Shown: positions 1 to 9,924 of the stretch, piece by piece
How positions within the stretch are numbered: position 1 is the first letter of the stretch
How the letters are laid out: every line of letters begins with the position of its first letter
Origin: an uncultured Candidatus Saccharibacteria bacterium
GTDB taxonomy: Bacteria; Patescibacteriota; Saccharimonadia; Saccharimonadales; CAZICT01
Assembly: GCA_964537935.1 (NCBI GenBank)
Contig: CAZICT010000002.1
Span: 76,922 to 140,921, forward strand
Reading direction: 5' to 3'
DNA length: 64,000 nucleotides
Notes under the pieces: generated by a model
What the model was told of the DNA's origin: nothing
Database searches by the model: none
What the model saw: the letters and a program-made list of their open reading frames with translations, nothing else
Made by a program: the position numbers and the translations under genes

Positions 1-593
1 AGGTATGACCCAAGCGAATTCGGATCGCGCACGGTTGACATCACCCGCTCCAGGTCCGGCTTATCATCTATAAAAAATGCCGGTAATACACCGTTTTCGC
101 GGGAATATCCCAGATGTCTGAGCGCATCGTCCGGCAAAATTAAATATTGAACAACGCCAAATATTACCACTATCACACCTACGCCCAAGACAATTTTTGT
201 TGAGACTTCTAAAAGCCGCTTTGCATCAAATAGCCTTGTAAGCAGTACGCCATACAAAAAGAACAGCAGAAAACGAGTGTTATAAACCACCCCCAACCAC
301 TCAGCATCCGGTTCAGTAGGTTTTACAAGCGCTAGTAGCAATGTCAGCAGACCATAGGTGATAATGAGCCACACCAATCTATCTTTCAGCGCCTTAGTGA
401 ACCATGGCTGGCGCACACTTACCGTCAATGCCGCCAGGAAGCCTGCTATCAGAAACATGTCTTTGGCTACCTTCATAAATTCAAGCACGCCAAAGCTTGT
501 ACCTATCCAGGTGGAGAGCAATATATGCAACGGCATATAGGCCAGCAGTCCATAAAAAATATAAAGCGCGGTCTTTTGGAGCTTGTCGGTCAT
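1..593 (-). CDS. O-antigen ligase (Wzy_C)-family polytopic membrane protein, N-terminal part only (gene runs off the window start)
   Basis: Absent from the ORF track because it is truncated. My reverse-complement read from ATG (593-591) gives MTDKLQKTALYIFYGLLAYMPLHILLSTWIGTSFGVLEFMKVAKDMFLIAGFLAALT..., open to position 1. It has several hydrophobic spans and ...RVMSTVRDPNSLGSYL, which resembles the Wzy_C loop motif. Confidence 0.6.
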   Translation of the reverse strand, partial: MTDKLQKTALYIFYGLLAYMPLHILLSTWIGTSFGVLEFMKVAKDMFLIAGFLAALTVSVRQPWFTKALKDRLVWLIITYGLLTLLLALVKPTEPDAEWLGVVYNTRFLLFFLYGVLLTRLFDAKRLLEVSTKIVLGVGVIVVIFGVVQYLILPDDALRHLGYSRENGVLPAFFIDDKPDLERVMSTVRDPNSLGSY

Positions 594-620
594 TACTGTT
601 TTGTATTGTAAACTGAATGC

Positions 621-1733
621 ATGAGTAAGCATATCGTGATTGATGCGCGTATCCGGCGTAGCAGCACCGGGCGCTATACGCACGAACTGGTTGAGAAACT
701 TCAGAAAATTGACCTTAAAAACCGTTATACCATTCTGGTGGAGGCAGATGATCCTTGGGAGATGACCAGCCCTAACTTTACAACCGCGACCGCACCGTAC
801 GCCCAGTTTTCATTTAATCCTCTGGAGCAGATTAATTTTGCACGCCAACTCTACAGGCTCAAAGCCGATACCGTTCACTTTACAATGACGCAATTTCCTT
901 TGCTGTTTTTTCATAGGCGCATCGTAGTAACAACCCACGACCTCGGTATGCTAAAAACCCATCGCCCGAAAAAGACGCATCCGATCGTCTTTTGGCTCAA
1001 GAAAATTATGTACAGATTTCTGATGTGGCAATCCCACCGTAAAGCAAATCAAATAATTGTGCCGAGCGACTGGGTCAAACAAGACCTTTCAAGCCACCAT
1101 CCTTTTGCTGCCAACAAAATAACAAGGACCTACGAATCCGGCGCTTCGCAGCAAAATGTTACTGCCAAAAAGCCTAAAAATATCCAGAAAAAATTCATCC
1201 TTTACCAGGGCACGCCTTTTCCTCATAAAAACGTCAAAAAGCTGGTGGACGCCTTTAATATCCTTCATCAGTCAAACCCCGACCTGCATCTGCACTTTAA
1301 CGGAAAGATAGAGCAGTATTACGAAGAACTGCAAAGATATATTGCCAAACAACCTTCAAGGAGCAACATTCACGTAAACGGTTTTGTGCCGGACCCGGAG
1401 TCAAAGTGGATGTTCCAGCACTGTTTGGCCTTTGTGCACCCCACAAAAGATGAGGGCTTTGGCCTGCCGGGACTGGAAGCCATGGAGCAGGGCGCACCGG
1501 TTGTTTGCAGCGACATCCCAGTACTTAGGGAAGTTTACGGAGAAGCACCAGTTTATTTTGACCCCGATAGCGAGACTGATATCGCAGATAAAGTATCTTC
1601 TGTTATAAACGACGAAAAGCTACGTGAAGCGATGCGCAAAAAAGGCCATGCCCAAACAAAAAAATTCACCTGGGATCAAATGGCTAAAGAAACTTTGGCT
1701 GTTTATAACAAAACAATGGCTAGTGAATCCTGA
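621..1733 (+). CDS. Glycosyltransferase family 1/4 (GT-B fold)
   Basis: 370-aa ORF. EGFGLPGLEAMEQGAPVVCSDIPVLREVYG is the typical glycos_transf_1 E-x7-E region. Confidence 0.85.
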   Translation: MSKHIVIDARIRRSSTGRYTHELVEKLQKIDLKNRYTILVEADDPWEMTSPNFTTATAPYAQFSFNPLEQINFARQLYRLKADTVHFTMTQFPLLFFHRRIVVTTHDLGMLKTHRPKKTHPIVFWLKKIMYRFLMWQSHRKANQIIVPSDWVKQDLSSHHPFAANKITRTYESGASQQNVTAKKPKNIQKKFILYQGTPFPHKNVKKLVDAFNILHQSNPDLHLHFNGKIEQYYEELQRYIAKQPSRSNIHVNGFVPDPESKWMFQHCLAFVHPTKDEGFGLPGLEAMEQGAPVVCSDIPVLREVYGEAPVYFDPDSETDIADKVSSVINDEKLREAMRKKGHAQTKKFTWDQMAKETLAVYNKTMASES

Positions 1734-2229
1734 GTGGCTCTATCTTGGTTGTTTGCTTTAAGAGATCGGACTTTGACTCGCTCTTGGCACAATCATTTTT
1801 ATTGCCTGTGATGTAGTAATAGTTATCGCCTACCTTGGAAGCCGATTCTTCAAGAAAGCTCATACTGAGCTGGAGTCCGTCCTCTGTTTTAGTGTCAATC
1901 ATATCTGGTGTAACTTTGTTAAGCAGTGCCGGGACAGAACAGTTTTCTTCATCTTTGTTGGTTATTTTAATCTGGGCCGTATTGCCACTAATCTTGTAGC
2001 TGGCCGTTTTTGTCAGCTCAGATAGCGGCACCATGACCTCCCATTCTGTAACTGATAAATAAATTCGTGTTTCCTGCTCCTGCACTTCTGTAGTTTCTTC
2101 CGGCGTTTGTGGCTGCTTGCCTTTTTGTAACAGAATTACAGCGCCCACAGCTGCCGCAACCAACACCACAGCTATAAGCCCGATAGCGATAGTTTTCTTG
2201 GATCTTTTTTTGCCGAGCCGATATTTCAT
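1720..2229 (-). CDS. Hypothetical N-terminally membrane-anchored protein
   Basis: 169-aa ORF. Basic N-terminus followed by a TM segment (IAIGLIAVVLVAAAVGAVILL). The 3' end overlaps the convergent glycosyltransferase by 14 nt. Confidence 0.55.
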   Translation of the reverse strand: MKYRLGKKRSKKTIAIGLIAVVLVAAAVGAVILLQKGKQPQTPEETTEVQEQETRIYLSVTEWEVMVPLSELTKTASYKISGNTAQIKITNKDEENCSVPALLNKVTPDMIDTKTEDGLQLSMSFLEESASKVGDNYYYITGNKNDCAKSESKSDLLKQTTKIEPLRIH

Positions 2230-2312
2230 AACTACTTTAGATTTTAATCGAACTACTGCTCAAGCACTAGCGATTAAGCTTTTATGAAAAATACCTGCTA
2301 CAATTTCAGGTA

Positions 2313-2840
2313 ATGAAACGAACCGCAAAAAAGCGTGTCGCAAAATCTGCCAAACCTAAACTAACCCGAAGCCAGGTTATATTTTTGTTAGTTGTAGGTG
2401 TAATTATATTGGTTGGTGGCTATTATTTTGTCGTTAAACCTATACAGATCCGTGCCGAAAAAAACCGCTTCCTATCTGCTAAGTCTGAGCTACATACATC
2501 GGTTAGTGGTTTAGGCGTAGAGCTATCGAAACTGTCTGTTAATGAAGTAGACTATTGTTCATATTCAAGTGATAAATTTTCTAAAGGACGTTTAACTTGT
2601 ACTGTTTCATACAAAGCTAACTTGTCAGACAAGCTTTCATCAAGCTTGATTAAGAAGATAATTTCAGAAAATTCTGATTTTAGTAGCTATTCGTTGTATG
2701 AGGAAAGAGAAAATATCGTATTTGAAAAAAGTGATCAAAATCTAAGGTGCTATGCCTCATTCCTAAAGGGGCTTATTTTAGAATTAAACTTTGCTTGTAG
2801 CGGGCCAGCTATGACAGAGCATTTTCCTTTGAAGAACTAA
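2313..2840 (+). CDS. Hypothetical N-terminally membrane-anchored protein
   Basis: 175-aa ORF. Lys/Arg-rich N-terminus, then a TM segment (VIFLLVVGVIILVGGYYFVV). No recognisable catalytic motif. Confidence 0.55.
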   Translation: MKRTAKKRVAKSAKPKLTRSQVIFLLVVGVIILVGGYYFVVKPIQIRAEKNRFLSAKSELHTSVSGLGVELSKLSVNEVDYCSYSSDKFSKGRLTCTVSYKANLSDKLSSSLIKKIISENSDFSSYSLYEERENIVFEKSDQNLRCYASFLKGLILELNFACSGPAMTEHFPLKN

Positions 2841-2887
2841 AGCTTTACTTCAGTTAAATAAGCTTTATACTGTGAAGTATATTAACA

Positions 2888-5692
2888 TTGGTGGAACTTT
2901 TTGTGGCCAGGCGACCAACGGTAATATTTATCATTTCTGCTATCTTGTTCGGTGCAGCCACATTATTTATTTCTAAGCCGCATTTAAGTTTAGCAGAAGA
3001 ACAACCTTCTACCTGGCTAAGCGAATCAGATCCGACACTTACGCTCACAGAAACACTGCCGCCCGGCGGGCCAATAACAGATTATGTTGAGCCACTGGTG
3101 TGTACTGACAGAACCTTCACTATAAGACCGAAAAAAACTATTATCGTATGGCCCTTTAAACAAGATGAGAAAACTCTGGATGTTTGCGCAATAGACACCC
3201 AATTCGGAGCGCTCGGAAACGACTATCTTCATCTTGAAGGTACAGAAGTTGCCGGTGAACTTACTTTGGCAAAAAATAATCCACGGACTTATTTCCGTGC
3301 TATCCCGCGGTCAGCAAACATTTTCCGGTACGACATTGTAAATGGTAGGACTCGTCTTGAGCTTATTGAAGACTTTAGAAGCAAGCTTGCCTCTTCTAAC
3401 ACCTCTGCGGGTGAAGTAATCTATTACCCCAAGTCGGGTACAACTGGAAAGCTTGTTACCTCATTTAGCGGCGCACCGCTTGCTGTTGAATACTCTACCT
3501 CATCTTATTCTTATAGTGGTGAATGGATGGTTGTTGACACTCATATGGGTACTGTCCGCTATAACACAGTAACAGGTGATGTATTGCCGTTTAAGACACG
3601 ACAAACATACCAGCAAAATTCTAAATCTTTTATTCATACTGCTATTACAAATAATGGCCGGTACGCTGTGACTTCTTCAGGTCTACCTGCTTATATGCGT
3701 ATATATGACCTTGCCACCTGCCAAGAGGGGCTTGATTGGTACGACACAATCGAATCGTGCCAATACAAAGAGCTTTACCCCTTTCTCAAAACTCAAATAC
3801 CCAAATACTCATCCTCCTCATACATAAGATTTTTGGATAATAACAATCTAGACCTTTACATAACCTGGCAGCGAGAAGGCGATGATTGGCTAAAACGTGA
3901 AAGATATACATTAACAGCACCAAATAGTGTTGTGTTTGGACAGGATTCGCCGTCTTTTGGCTACCTTGCGCTTGGTGACTCTTTTGCTTCAGGAGAGGGA
4001 GCGTATAAATACAAAGCTTTTACCGATGTTCGTGATAATAAATGTCATCTATCGTTAGTGTCGTACCCTTATTTGCTGATGGAGCAGTTGGGTTTGGGTT
4101 TGAGTGAATCGGTAGCCTGTTCTGGAGCGAAAATACAGGATATTGCAGACACGTCTGTAAGCTATAATGACCGTTCCCAAGCAAAGGGTAAGAGTGAGAG
4201 TAGATATACACAAGAAATATTAAAACAATTTTTACCTGGTTATCGTGCTCAGCTCAAATTTCTTCAAGACTACAAACCAAGTGTCATAACAGTTTCCGTT
4301 GGTGGCAATGACATAGGATTTGCCAAAAAAATAAAATACTGCGTAGAGTCAGGCGACTGCTACCCGACGTATGAAGATAGAGTAGAAGTACTCTACGAAG
4401 TCGATCGGCTGTCTTGGCGACTCATCGATACATTTAAACAACTAAAGAAGGCCGCTCACCCCAAATCCAAAATATATGTTTTGGGTTATCCAAGCATAGT
4501 TAAGCCCGGCGGCAACTGTGGCTTAAACGTACGACTAAGCCAGACTGAACTTTTGTTTGCCGACCACTTAACTATCTATCTAAATAATGCGGTTGAACGA
4601 GCAGCCAAGTGGGCGGGAGTGTATTACGTAGATATTGAAGATGCGCTGAACGGTCACCGGCTATGCGAAACGCAGGATGTCAACACTGCGGTAAATGGTA
4701 TAACCGCCGGTGATGAGCCGACGAAGATTCTGTTTTTTGAGTTTGACGGACCATTGGGCCGCGAAAGCTTTCATCCGAACGAACTGGGACATCGCCACTA
4801 TGCAAAAACTATTCGGCAAAAGACCAATGACTTCACGGCTGAAATGCCGGAACCGGATACTACCGAATATCCGCCAGCAAAAGATGATTTAGTCATCCTG
4901 AATGTACATAAAAGCGGGCGCGACCTTAACTTAGCCAACTTCGATTCCGATACTGAAAATAATGTCATATACAAAGTAAATAAAGGTGCAGAGCAGAGAC
5001 AAAAAATCAACCAGGGTCACAATTTTAAGCCCAATAGCCGCGTGTTCCTCAAGCTATATTCTGACCCTATAGACCTCGGCACTATTGAGCTTGACGATAA
5101 CGGCGAAGCGGAGTTCACGCTTGATATACCAGGTAACGTTCCTGCCGGTTATCACATGCTGCATATATATGGCATAAACATGGCTGGTGAAAATATTGAC
5201 GTACAACGCCTGCTCTTTGTGGCCGAAACCGTTGATGATTGGGATGGCGATGGAGTTCTTAACACCGATGAGGTGTGTAAATATGGCGAACCTAGTGGCT
5301 TTGATTATGATAAGGATGAAATAGATGATGCGTGTGACGGATATATCGGCGAGCCGGAACCATTAATAACAAGTTATGAAGAATCCGGAGAAGCAGAGGA
5401 ATTACCTGGATTTGTAGCTGCAACTACCGGACCGACAACACGGGCAATATTTAATGGAAGCCCAGTTACAAACAATCCCCCTGTTTCAATACGAACAAAT
5501 AACGAACAACGCATGAACGTACTCGGCAGTGAAGCCGCATCACTGTTTGCAGCCGGAGACTCATCAACACCAAAGACAAAAGCGTGGCAATCGACTAAGA
5601 GCAATAATAGCTGGCTGATTTTTATAATTTCCATTATTGCCGTTTCTTTGTTGGGCGGAACCTTTGCCGCCGTGAGAGTCAAGCATCGTTAA
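2888..5692 (+). CDS. Large secreted/surface SGNH (GDSL) hydrolase with acidic Ca-binding-type repeats and a C-terminal membrane anchor
   Basis: 934-aa ORF with a TTG start in the track. SGNH blocks are present: GYLALGDSFASGEG (block I), VSVGGNDIGF (block III), FHPNELGH (block V). DDWDGDGVLNTDE...DYDKDEIDDACDG resembles thrombospondin-type-3 repeats. The C-terminal TM segment WLIFIISIIAVSLLGGTFAAV is followed by RVKHR. Confidence 0.8.
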   Translation: MVELFVARRPTVIFIISAILFGAATLFISKPHLSLAEEQPSTWLSESDPTLTLTETLPPGGPITDYVEPLVCTDRTFTIRPKKTIIVWPFKQDEKTLDVCAIDTQFGALGNDYLHLEGTEVAGELTLAKNNPRTYFRAIPRSANIFRYDIVNGRTRLELIEDFRSKLASSNTSAGEVIYYPKSGTTGKLVTSFSGAPLAVEYSTSSYSYSGEWMVVDTHMGTVRYNTVTGDVLPFKTRQTYQQNSKSFIHTAITNNGRYAVTSSGLPAYMRIYDLATCQEGLDWYDTIESCQYKELYPFLKTQIPKYSSSSYIRFLDNNNLDLYITWQREGDDWLKRERYTLTAPNSVVFGQDSPSFGYLALGDSFASGEGAYKYKAFTDVRDNKCHLSLVSYPYLLMEQLGLGLSESVACSGAKIQDIADTSVSYNDRSQAKGKSESRYTQEILKQFLPGYRAQLKFLQDYKPSVITVSVGGNDIGFAKKIKYCVESGDCYPTYEDRVEVLYEVDRLSWRLIDTFKQLKKAAHPKSKIYVLGYPSIVKPGGNCGLNVRLSQTELLFADHLTIYLNNAVERAAKWAGVYYVDIEDALNGHRLCETQDVNTAVNGITAGDEPTKILFFEFDGPLGRESFHPNELGHRHYAKTIRQKTNDFTAEMPEPDTTEYPPAKDDLVILNVHKSGRDLNLANFDSDTENNVIYKVNKGAEQRQKINQGHNFKPNSRVFLKLYSDPIDLGTIELDDNGEAEFTLDIPGNVPAGYHMLHIYGINMAGENIDVQRLLFVAETVDDWDGDGVLNTDEVCKYGEPSGFDYDKDEIDDACDGYIGEPEPLITSYEESGEAEELPGFVAATTGPTTRAIFNGSPVTNNPPVSIRTNNEQRMNVLGSEAASLFAAGDSSTPKTKAWQSTKSNNSWLIFIISIIAVSLLGGTFAAVRVKHR

Positions 5693-5733
5693 CTTTGGAG
5701 TAAACACGCTCCCCTACTCCCCTATCCAATTTA

Positions 5734-5762
5734 TTGACAAACTTGCATAAATTTGTTATAAT
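5734..5762 (+). promoter_or_regulatory. Consensus sigma-70-type promoter (TTGACA-N17-TATAAT)
   Basis: TTGACA at 5734-5739, an exact 17-nt spacer, and TATAAT at 5757-5762. It lies about 90 nt upstream of the 5852 ATG, which has a GGAGG Shine-Dalgarno. Confidence 0.65.
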
Positions 5763-5851
5763 ATAGTAAGATAGGAAGTGTACCCTTTTTAGCAGTCACG
5801 CTTAGTTTTCTCTGTTATTCTTAGAGTATCATCTAACGCACTGGAGGAGTT

Positions 5852-6088
5852 ATGGCTAACCTTAACCTTAACTACAAGGAACCAATCGTAGCGTCTGACG
5901 GCAACACGGTATCTATATCCAACGAAGGTCCTGTTACATTATTGTTTTTTCAAATCCGTAAACAGCAGCAAGACACGATTGATGCAGATGTGGTGGCTGG
6001 CGTGCGGCTGCACAATCTTAACGAACTAAAGCAGCTGCAAAAAACTATTGCCGATACTATCAAGCAGCACGAAACGCGTGAACCCTAG
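5852..6088 (+). CDS. Small hypothetical protein (possibly DUF3467-like)
   Basis: 78-aa ORF with a GGAGG RBS and a perfect upstream promoter. The family assignment is only a loose pattern impression. Confidence 0.55.
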   Translation: MANLNLNYKEPIVASDGNTVSISNEGPVTLLFFQIRKQQQDTIDADVVAGVRLHNLNELKQLQKTIADTIKQHETREP

Positions 6089-6096
6089 AGATAACC

Positions 6097-6591
6097 TTAC
6101 TCTTCTTCTGAGTCGTCAGTGTTCTGTTCAGCTAATGGGCTTGGCTTAAGTACCACGTGGCGATCGCGGCCTTCGCCTTCGGATTCGGTCACTAAGCCGT
6201 GTTGATCAGCTAACTTATGAACCGTGCGCCTGTCGGTTGGGTTCATCGGCTTAAGGTGTAGTGGCTCCTGGGTTTCTTTGACTTTATCAATCCAGGCTTG
6301 GGCTTTGGCCGCCAAGCGGTCGGCGCGTGATTTTTTATAATCGGCAATATCGACGTTCACGCGAGTATATTCATAGCCGTTACTTTTAAGAGCATTACTA
6401 ACCATAAACTGTAGTGCCCGCATAGTATCGCCGCGCTGGCCAATCAGGAAACCGTTGAGATGGGTACTTGGTACGTTGAGTTCAATTACTTCATCGTCTT
6501 CAGTCGTGGCATAAACATCTGTGTTAAGGCCAAAGAAAGACAATATATCTTCAAGATATTTTTTGGCGTACTGAATCGATTCTTCCATCAC
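6097..6591 (-). CDS. jag: Jag/KhpB-type RNA-binding protein (KH + R3H domains)
   Basis: 164-aa ORF. R3H-like MNPTDRRTVHKLADQHGLVTESEGEGRDRHVVLKP. A 4-nt ATGA overlap with yidC gives the canonical yidC-jag pairing. Confidence 0.85.
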   Translation of the reverse strand: MMEESIQYAKKYLEDILSFFGLNTDVYATTEDDEVIELNVPSTHLNGFLIGQRGDTMRALQFMVSNALKSNGYEYTRVNVDIADYKKSRADRLAAKAQAWIDKVKETQEPLHLKPMNPTDRRTVHKLADQHGLVTESEGEGRDRHVVLKPSPLAEQNTDDSEEE

Positions 6592-7523
6592 TTCCTCCTT
6601 TTTTTAGTGCTGGATTTTTTGGAGGACTTTTTGGGTTTGGAAGATTTTTTCTTTGTAGGTTTGGTGACAACTTCTCCTTCGATAACTTTCTTGGTGCCTG
6701 AGGGGGCGTTAGCGATAGCCTCCAGCTCTGTTTCGTCTTCCTTAAGAACCCGGCTTTGCTGGATATAAGCTACGACACCACCGACGAACCAATACAGACT
6801 TAAGGCCGAAGCCAAACCGATGGTAAAGAAGAAGATCATTATCGGGATAAAGAACCGCGTAGCCCGGCCAACAGCGGCATTAACTTCCTGTTGGTCTGAT
6901 TGCTTACCTTCGCTGGCTTCTCTTAGAATCGTACGGAGCTTGCGACCGTCTTCTGACTTTGGCATCAGCTGCTGACTCTGCAGATACTGAATTCCGGCAC
7001 TACCAAGGACTAACAGGAACGCCGGGACATAGAACGGGCCGATCGCAGCCCTGGTCAGATCCACCACCCCAAACAGTGTTTTATCGAAAAGGTCGATATT
7101 TCCGGCCAGCTCCCGCATCCAGCCGAGATTATTAATCCAGTCATAGGAATATGTTAGTAGCGCCTGCGGATCGGCCACCACTCGCTGCAAGCCCTGATAT
7201 AGGCCAATAAGTATAATCAGCTGGATTATTAGAATTCCGATGCTGCCAAAAGGACTGATTTCACGCTCTTTATAAAGCTGCATCACCATCATAGATTCTT
7301 TTTGCCGGTCGCCTTTTGCTTCTTTTTTGATGCGCTTGAGCTCCGGTTGTAATGCCCGCATTGCTTTGGCGTGGTGAAGCTGTTTTTTAACCAGCGGCCA
7401 CATCAACAAACGAATAACAACGGTAAATACAATTATTGCCAGTCCAAAATTATGACCGGGAATCAGTGCGTAAATAAAAACGAGCAGGTTAAAAATCGGT
7501 TTTACAATCAGGGCTTCAAACAT
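6588..7523 (-). CDS. yidC: Membrane protein insertase YidC (short monoderm type with a Lys-rich C-terminal tail)
   Basis: 311-aa polytopic ORF in the rnpA-yidC-jag context. The tail is KKKSSKPKKSSKKSSTKKRRK. Confidence 0.9.
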   Translation of the reverse strand: MFEALIVKPIFNLLVFIYALIPGHNFGLAIIVFTVVIRLLMWPLVKKQLHHAKAMRALQPELKRIKKEAKGDRQKESMMVMQLYKEREISPFGSIGILIIQLIILIGLYQGLQRVVADPQALLTYSYDWINNLGWMRELAGNIDLFDKTLFGVVDLTRAAIGPFYVPAFLLVLGSAGIQYLQSQQLMPKSEDGRKLRTILREASEGKQSDQQEVNAAVGRATRFFIPIMIFFFTIGLASALSLYWFVGGVVAYIQQSRVLKEDETELEAIANAPSGTKKVIEGEVVTKPTKKKSSKPKKSSKKSSTKKRRK

Positions 7524-7618
7524 TTATACTCCTTGCTTAATTCCATCATACCAGATTGTAGGGTCGGCATGACACCTTAAAATAGTCACTTTGTAGTGTT
7601 TGGACAGTCTTTTTTTAG

Positions 7619-7975
7619 TTATTTTTGCGACGAGATGATGCCGGCTTGTTTCAGCTGGGTATAGACCATTTTTGTAACTTCATCGGCCGGCAAGGTAGCG
7701 AGCGATTCATGAAATACGGTTATGACAATGTCATACGGTGCATTAAATTTCGGGGCCTGGAGCCGAACCGCTTCGTAGAGCCGTCGTCGAATTCGGTTAC
7801 GCACAACCGCACTTTTGCTGACCTTTTTGCTCACCACTACAGCTAACCGGTAGGTATCCCGGCGCTTGTTGGCTACATACTTAAGCGAACAAAGTGGTCC
7901 GCGCACTGTTTTACCGTGTTGATAAACATAACGCAGACTTCCATGTCCATGGAACCGGTTCTTTTTGGAAATCAT
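7619..7975 (-). CDS. rnpA: Ribonuclease P protein component
   Basis: 118-aa basic ORF directly downstream of rpmH. Contains KKNRFHG...RLAVVVSKKVSKSAVVRNRIRRRL. Confidence 0.9.
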   Translation of the reverse strand: MISKKNRFHGHGSLRYVYQHGKTVRGPLCSLKYVANKRRDTYRLAVVVSKKVSKSAVVRNRIRRRLYEAVRLQAPKFNAPYDIVITVFHESLATLPADEVTKMVYTQLKQAGIISSQK

Positions 7976-7990
7976 ATCCTTTAGTATATG

Positions 7991-8128
7991 TTACGCGGAC
8001 AGTTTGGTACGGCCTTTTAGTCGTCGGCGCTTCAGGATTGAGCGACCAGCCTTACTAGTCATGCGCTTCATAAAACCGTGCTGTCGGGCACGCTTACGCG
8101 TCTTTGGCTGATAGGTTCTTTTTGGCAT
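7991..8128 (-). CDS. rpmH: 50S ribosomal protein L34
   Basis: Not in the ORF track because it is under 60 aa. My reverse-complement translation is [45 protein letters not shown] followed by a stop. Confidence 0.95.
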   Translation of the reverse strand: MPKRTYQPKTRKRARQHGFMKRMTSKAGRSILKRRRLKGRTKLSA

Positions 8129-8290
8129 CGTATCTTCCCTTTGTGACTTTATTCATAATGAGTCTTGGAGCACTCAGGCGAGCGCATCGCAGCTCATAAC
8201 AACCATAAGTTATGTATTGTACACCACTGCGAATGGTGCAATTTCTACGTCACGTTAAATTAACAATATTTACCCACTAATCCTAGCAAG

Positions 8291-8416
8291 TTTTCCACTT
8301 TTTACCAAGTTTTTTCCACAGATTAACAGAGGAGAATATATAATGTGTATAAATTTTACCCTGTTAAGCTGAATTTTTTGCAAATAGCTTTTATGGTCGT
8401 AAAAACATGTGGAAAA
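8291..8416. promoter_or_regulatory. DnaA-box cluster in the rpmH-dnaA intergenic region (oriC part 1 / dnaA promoter)
   Basis: TTTTCCACT at 8291-8299, TTTTCCACA at 8312-8320, and TGTGGAAAA at 8408-8416 (TTTTCCACA on the minus strand). All fit TTWTNCACA. The last box lies just upstream of a TGATATAGT extended -10-like element before dnaA. Confidence 0.6.
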
Positions 8417-8471
8417 GTCGTTAGTCTTTGATATAGTATGGAACTAAGTAGCTAATAATTCAGGAGAGGGT

Positions 8472-9839
8472 ATGCAAGACAGCTTGTGGCAAGCAGTACT
8501 TGGCGAGATAGAACTAACTGTTTCACGGGCAAGCTTTGTTACCTGGTTTAAAAATACCCATATGCTCCGTTATAAGGACAATACTTTGGTGGTCGGTGTA
8601 CCTAATGTCTTTATAAAGCAGCAGCTGGAACGCAAATATAACCAGCTAATTGCCGATATGCTGTCAAAAAACGGAGTTAAGCCAGATAAAATAGAATACA
8701 AAATCCATACCTTATCCGTTCCTCGTCGCAATAACGATGAACCTGTAATACTGACTACTCCGCCCGCCAAAACATCCACTCACACTACTAAACCGGTGTC
8801 TTCTACGCTGACTCACACCTATCGGCAGGGCCTTAACGAACGCTATACTTTTGAAAACTTCATAGTCGGATCCGGCAATGAACTTGCTTATGCCGCCTGT
8901 CAGGCGGTTGCGGCTTCGCCAGGGCTTAAATACAACCCGCTTTTTTTGTACGGTGGCGTGGGTATTGGCAAAACACACCTTATTCAAGCAGTTGGTAATG
9001 CGGTTTTAGCCAATAACCGGGATGCACATATTGTTTATGTTTCTACCGAGCAATTCGTCCAAGAGTTTTTAGACGCCATCCGCTATAAGAAAAATACTGA
9101 TTTTGCCGGCTACTACAGGAGTGCTGACGTGCTGATTATCGACGACGTACAGTTTATAGCTGGCAAAGAAAAAACTCAGGAGGAATTTTTCCATACCTTT
9201 AATGCCCTCCATCAGGCAAACAAACAAATCATTATTAGTAGCGATAAACCGCCTAGTGAAATTCCGACGCTTGAAGATCGTCTGCGGTCTCGATTTGCCT
9301 GGGGCATGTCAATCGATATGCAAAACCCGGACTTTGAGACTCGTTGTGCCATCATCCAGACAAAGGCCGCGACCCATAGCGTTACCCTTCCTGTTCCGGT
9401 TGTAGAATATCTGGCTAACCTTGTGCAATCCAATATTCGTGAGCTTGAAGGGGCGCTCAATCAACTATTGGCGTTTTGTGAAATGCGCGGGCTAGAACCG
9501 GATGTCATGATTGCTACCAATTTACTCGGTAATACTAAAGCTCGTCCAAAGCATATTAGCGCTAAACAAATCATTGAACGTACCGCCAAACACTTCCATA
9601 TACCGCTGGAAGATATACTTGGCCCAAAGCGAGACAAAGATATTGTTGTTCCCCGCCAGGTTGCTATGTATATGTTAAGAAGTGAGCTACATTTGAGTTT
9701 CCCTAAAATAGCTCGTGAACTAGGGCGCAAAGATCACACTACTGCCATACACTCCGTAGAAAAAATCGAAAAAGAAGCCAGCTTCGATCTTGATATTAAA
9801 AACGCTATCGAAGAAATAAAGGAACGGCTGTATGCATAA
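8472..9839 (+). CDS. dnaA: Chromosomal replication initiator DnaA
   Basis: 455-aa ORF. Walker A GGVGIGKTHL, LIIDDVQF, and the C-terminal DNA-binding region VAMYMLRSELHLSFPKIARELGRKDHTTAIHS. Confidence 0.97.
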   Translation: MQDSLWQAVLGEIELTVSRASFVTWFKNTHMLRYKDNTLVVGVPNVFIKQQLERKYNQLIADMLSKNGVKPDKIEYKIHTLSVPRRNNDEPVILTTPPAKTSTHTTKPVSSTLTHTYRQGLNERYTFENFIVGSGNELAYAACQAVAASPGLKYNPLFLYGGVGIGKTHLIQAVGNAVLANNRDAHIVYVSTEQFVQEFLDAIRYKKNTDFAGYYRSADVLIIDDVQFIAGKEKTQEEFFHTFNALHQANKQIIISSDKPPSEIPTLEDRLRSRFAWGMSIDMQNPDFETRCAIIQTKAATHSVTLPVPVVEYLANLVQSNIRELEGALNQLLAFCEMRGLEPDVMIATNLLGNTKARPKHISAKQIIERTAKHFHIPLEDILGPKRDKDIVVPRQVAMYMLRSELHLSFPKIARELGRKDHTTAIHSVEKIEKEASFDLDIKNAIEEIKERLYA

Positions 9840-9924
9840 GATAGCAAAGGGTGAGTTAGCGCCAGTGTCTGGGTTCACTAGTTACCTGCTGCTTGTTATT
9901 TATTACTTGTTATTTGCTAATACG

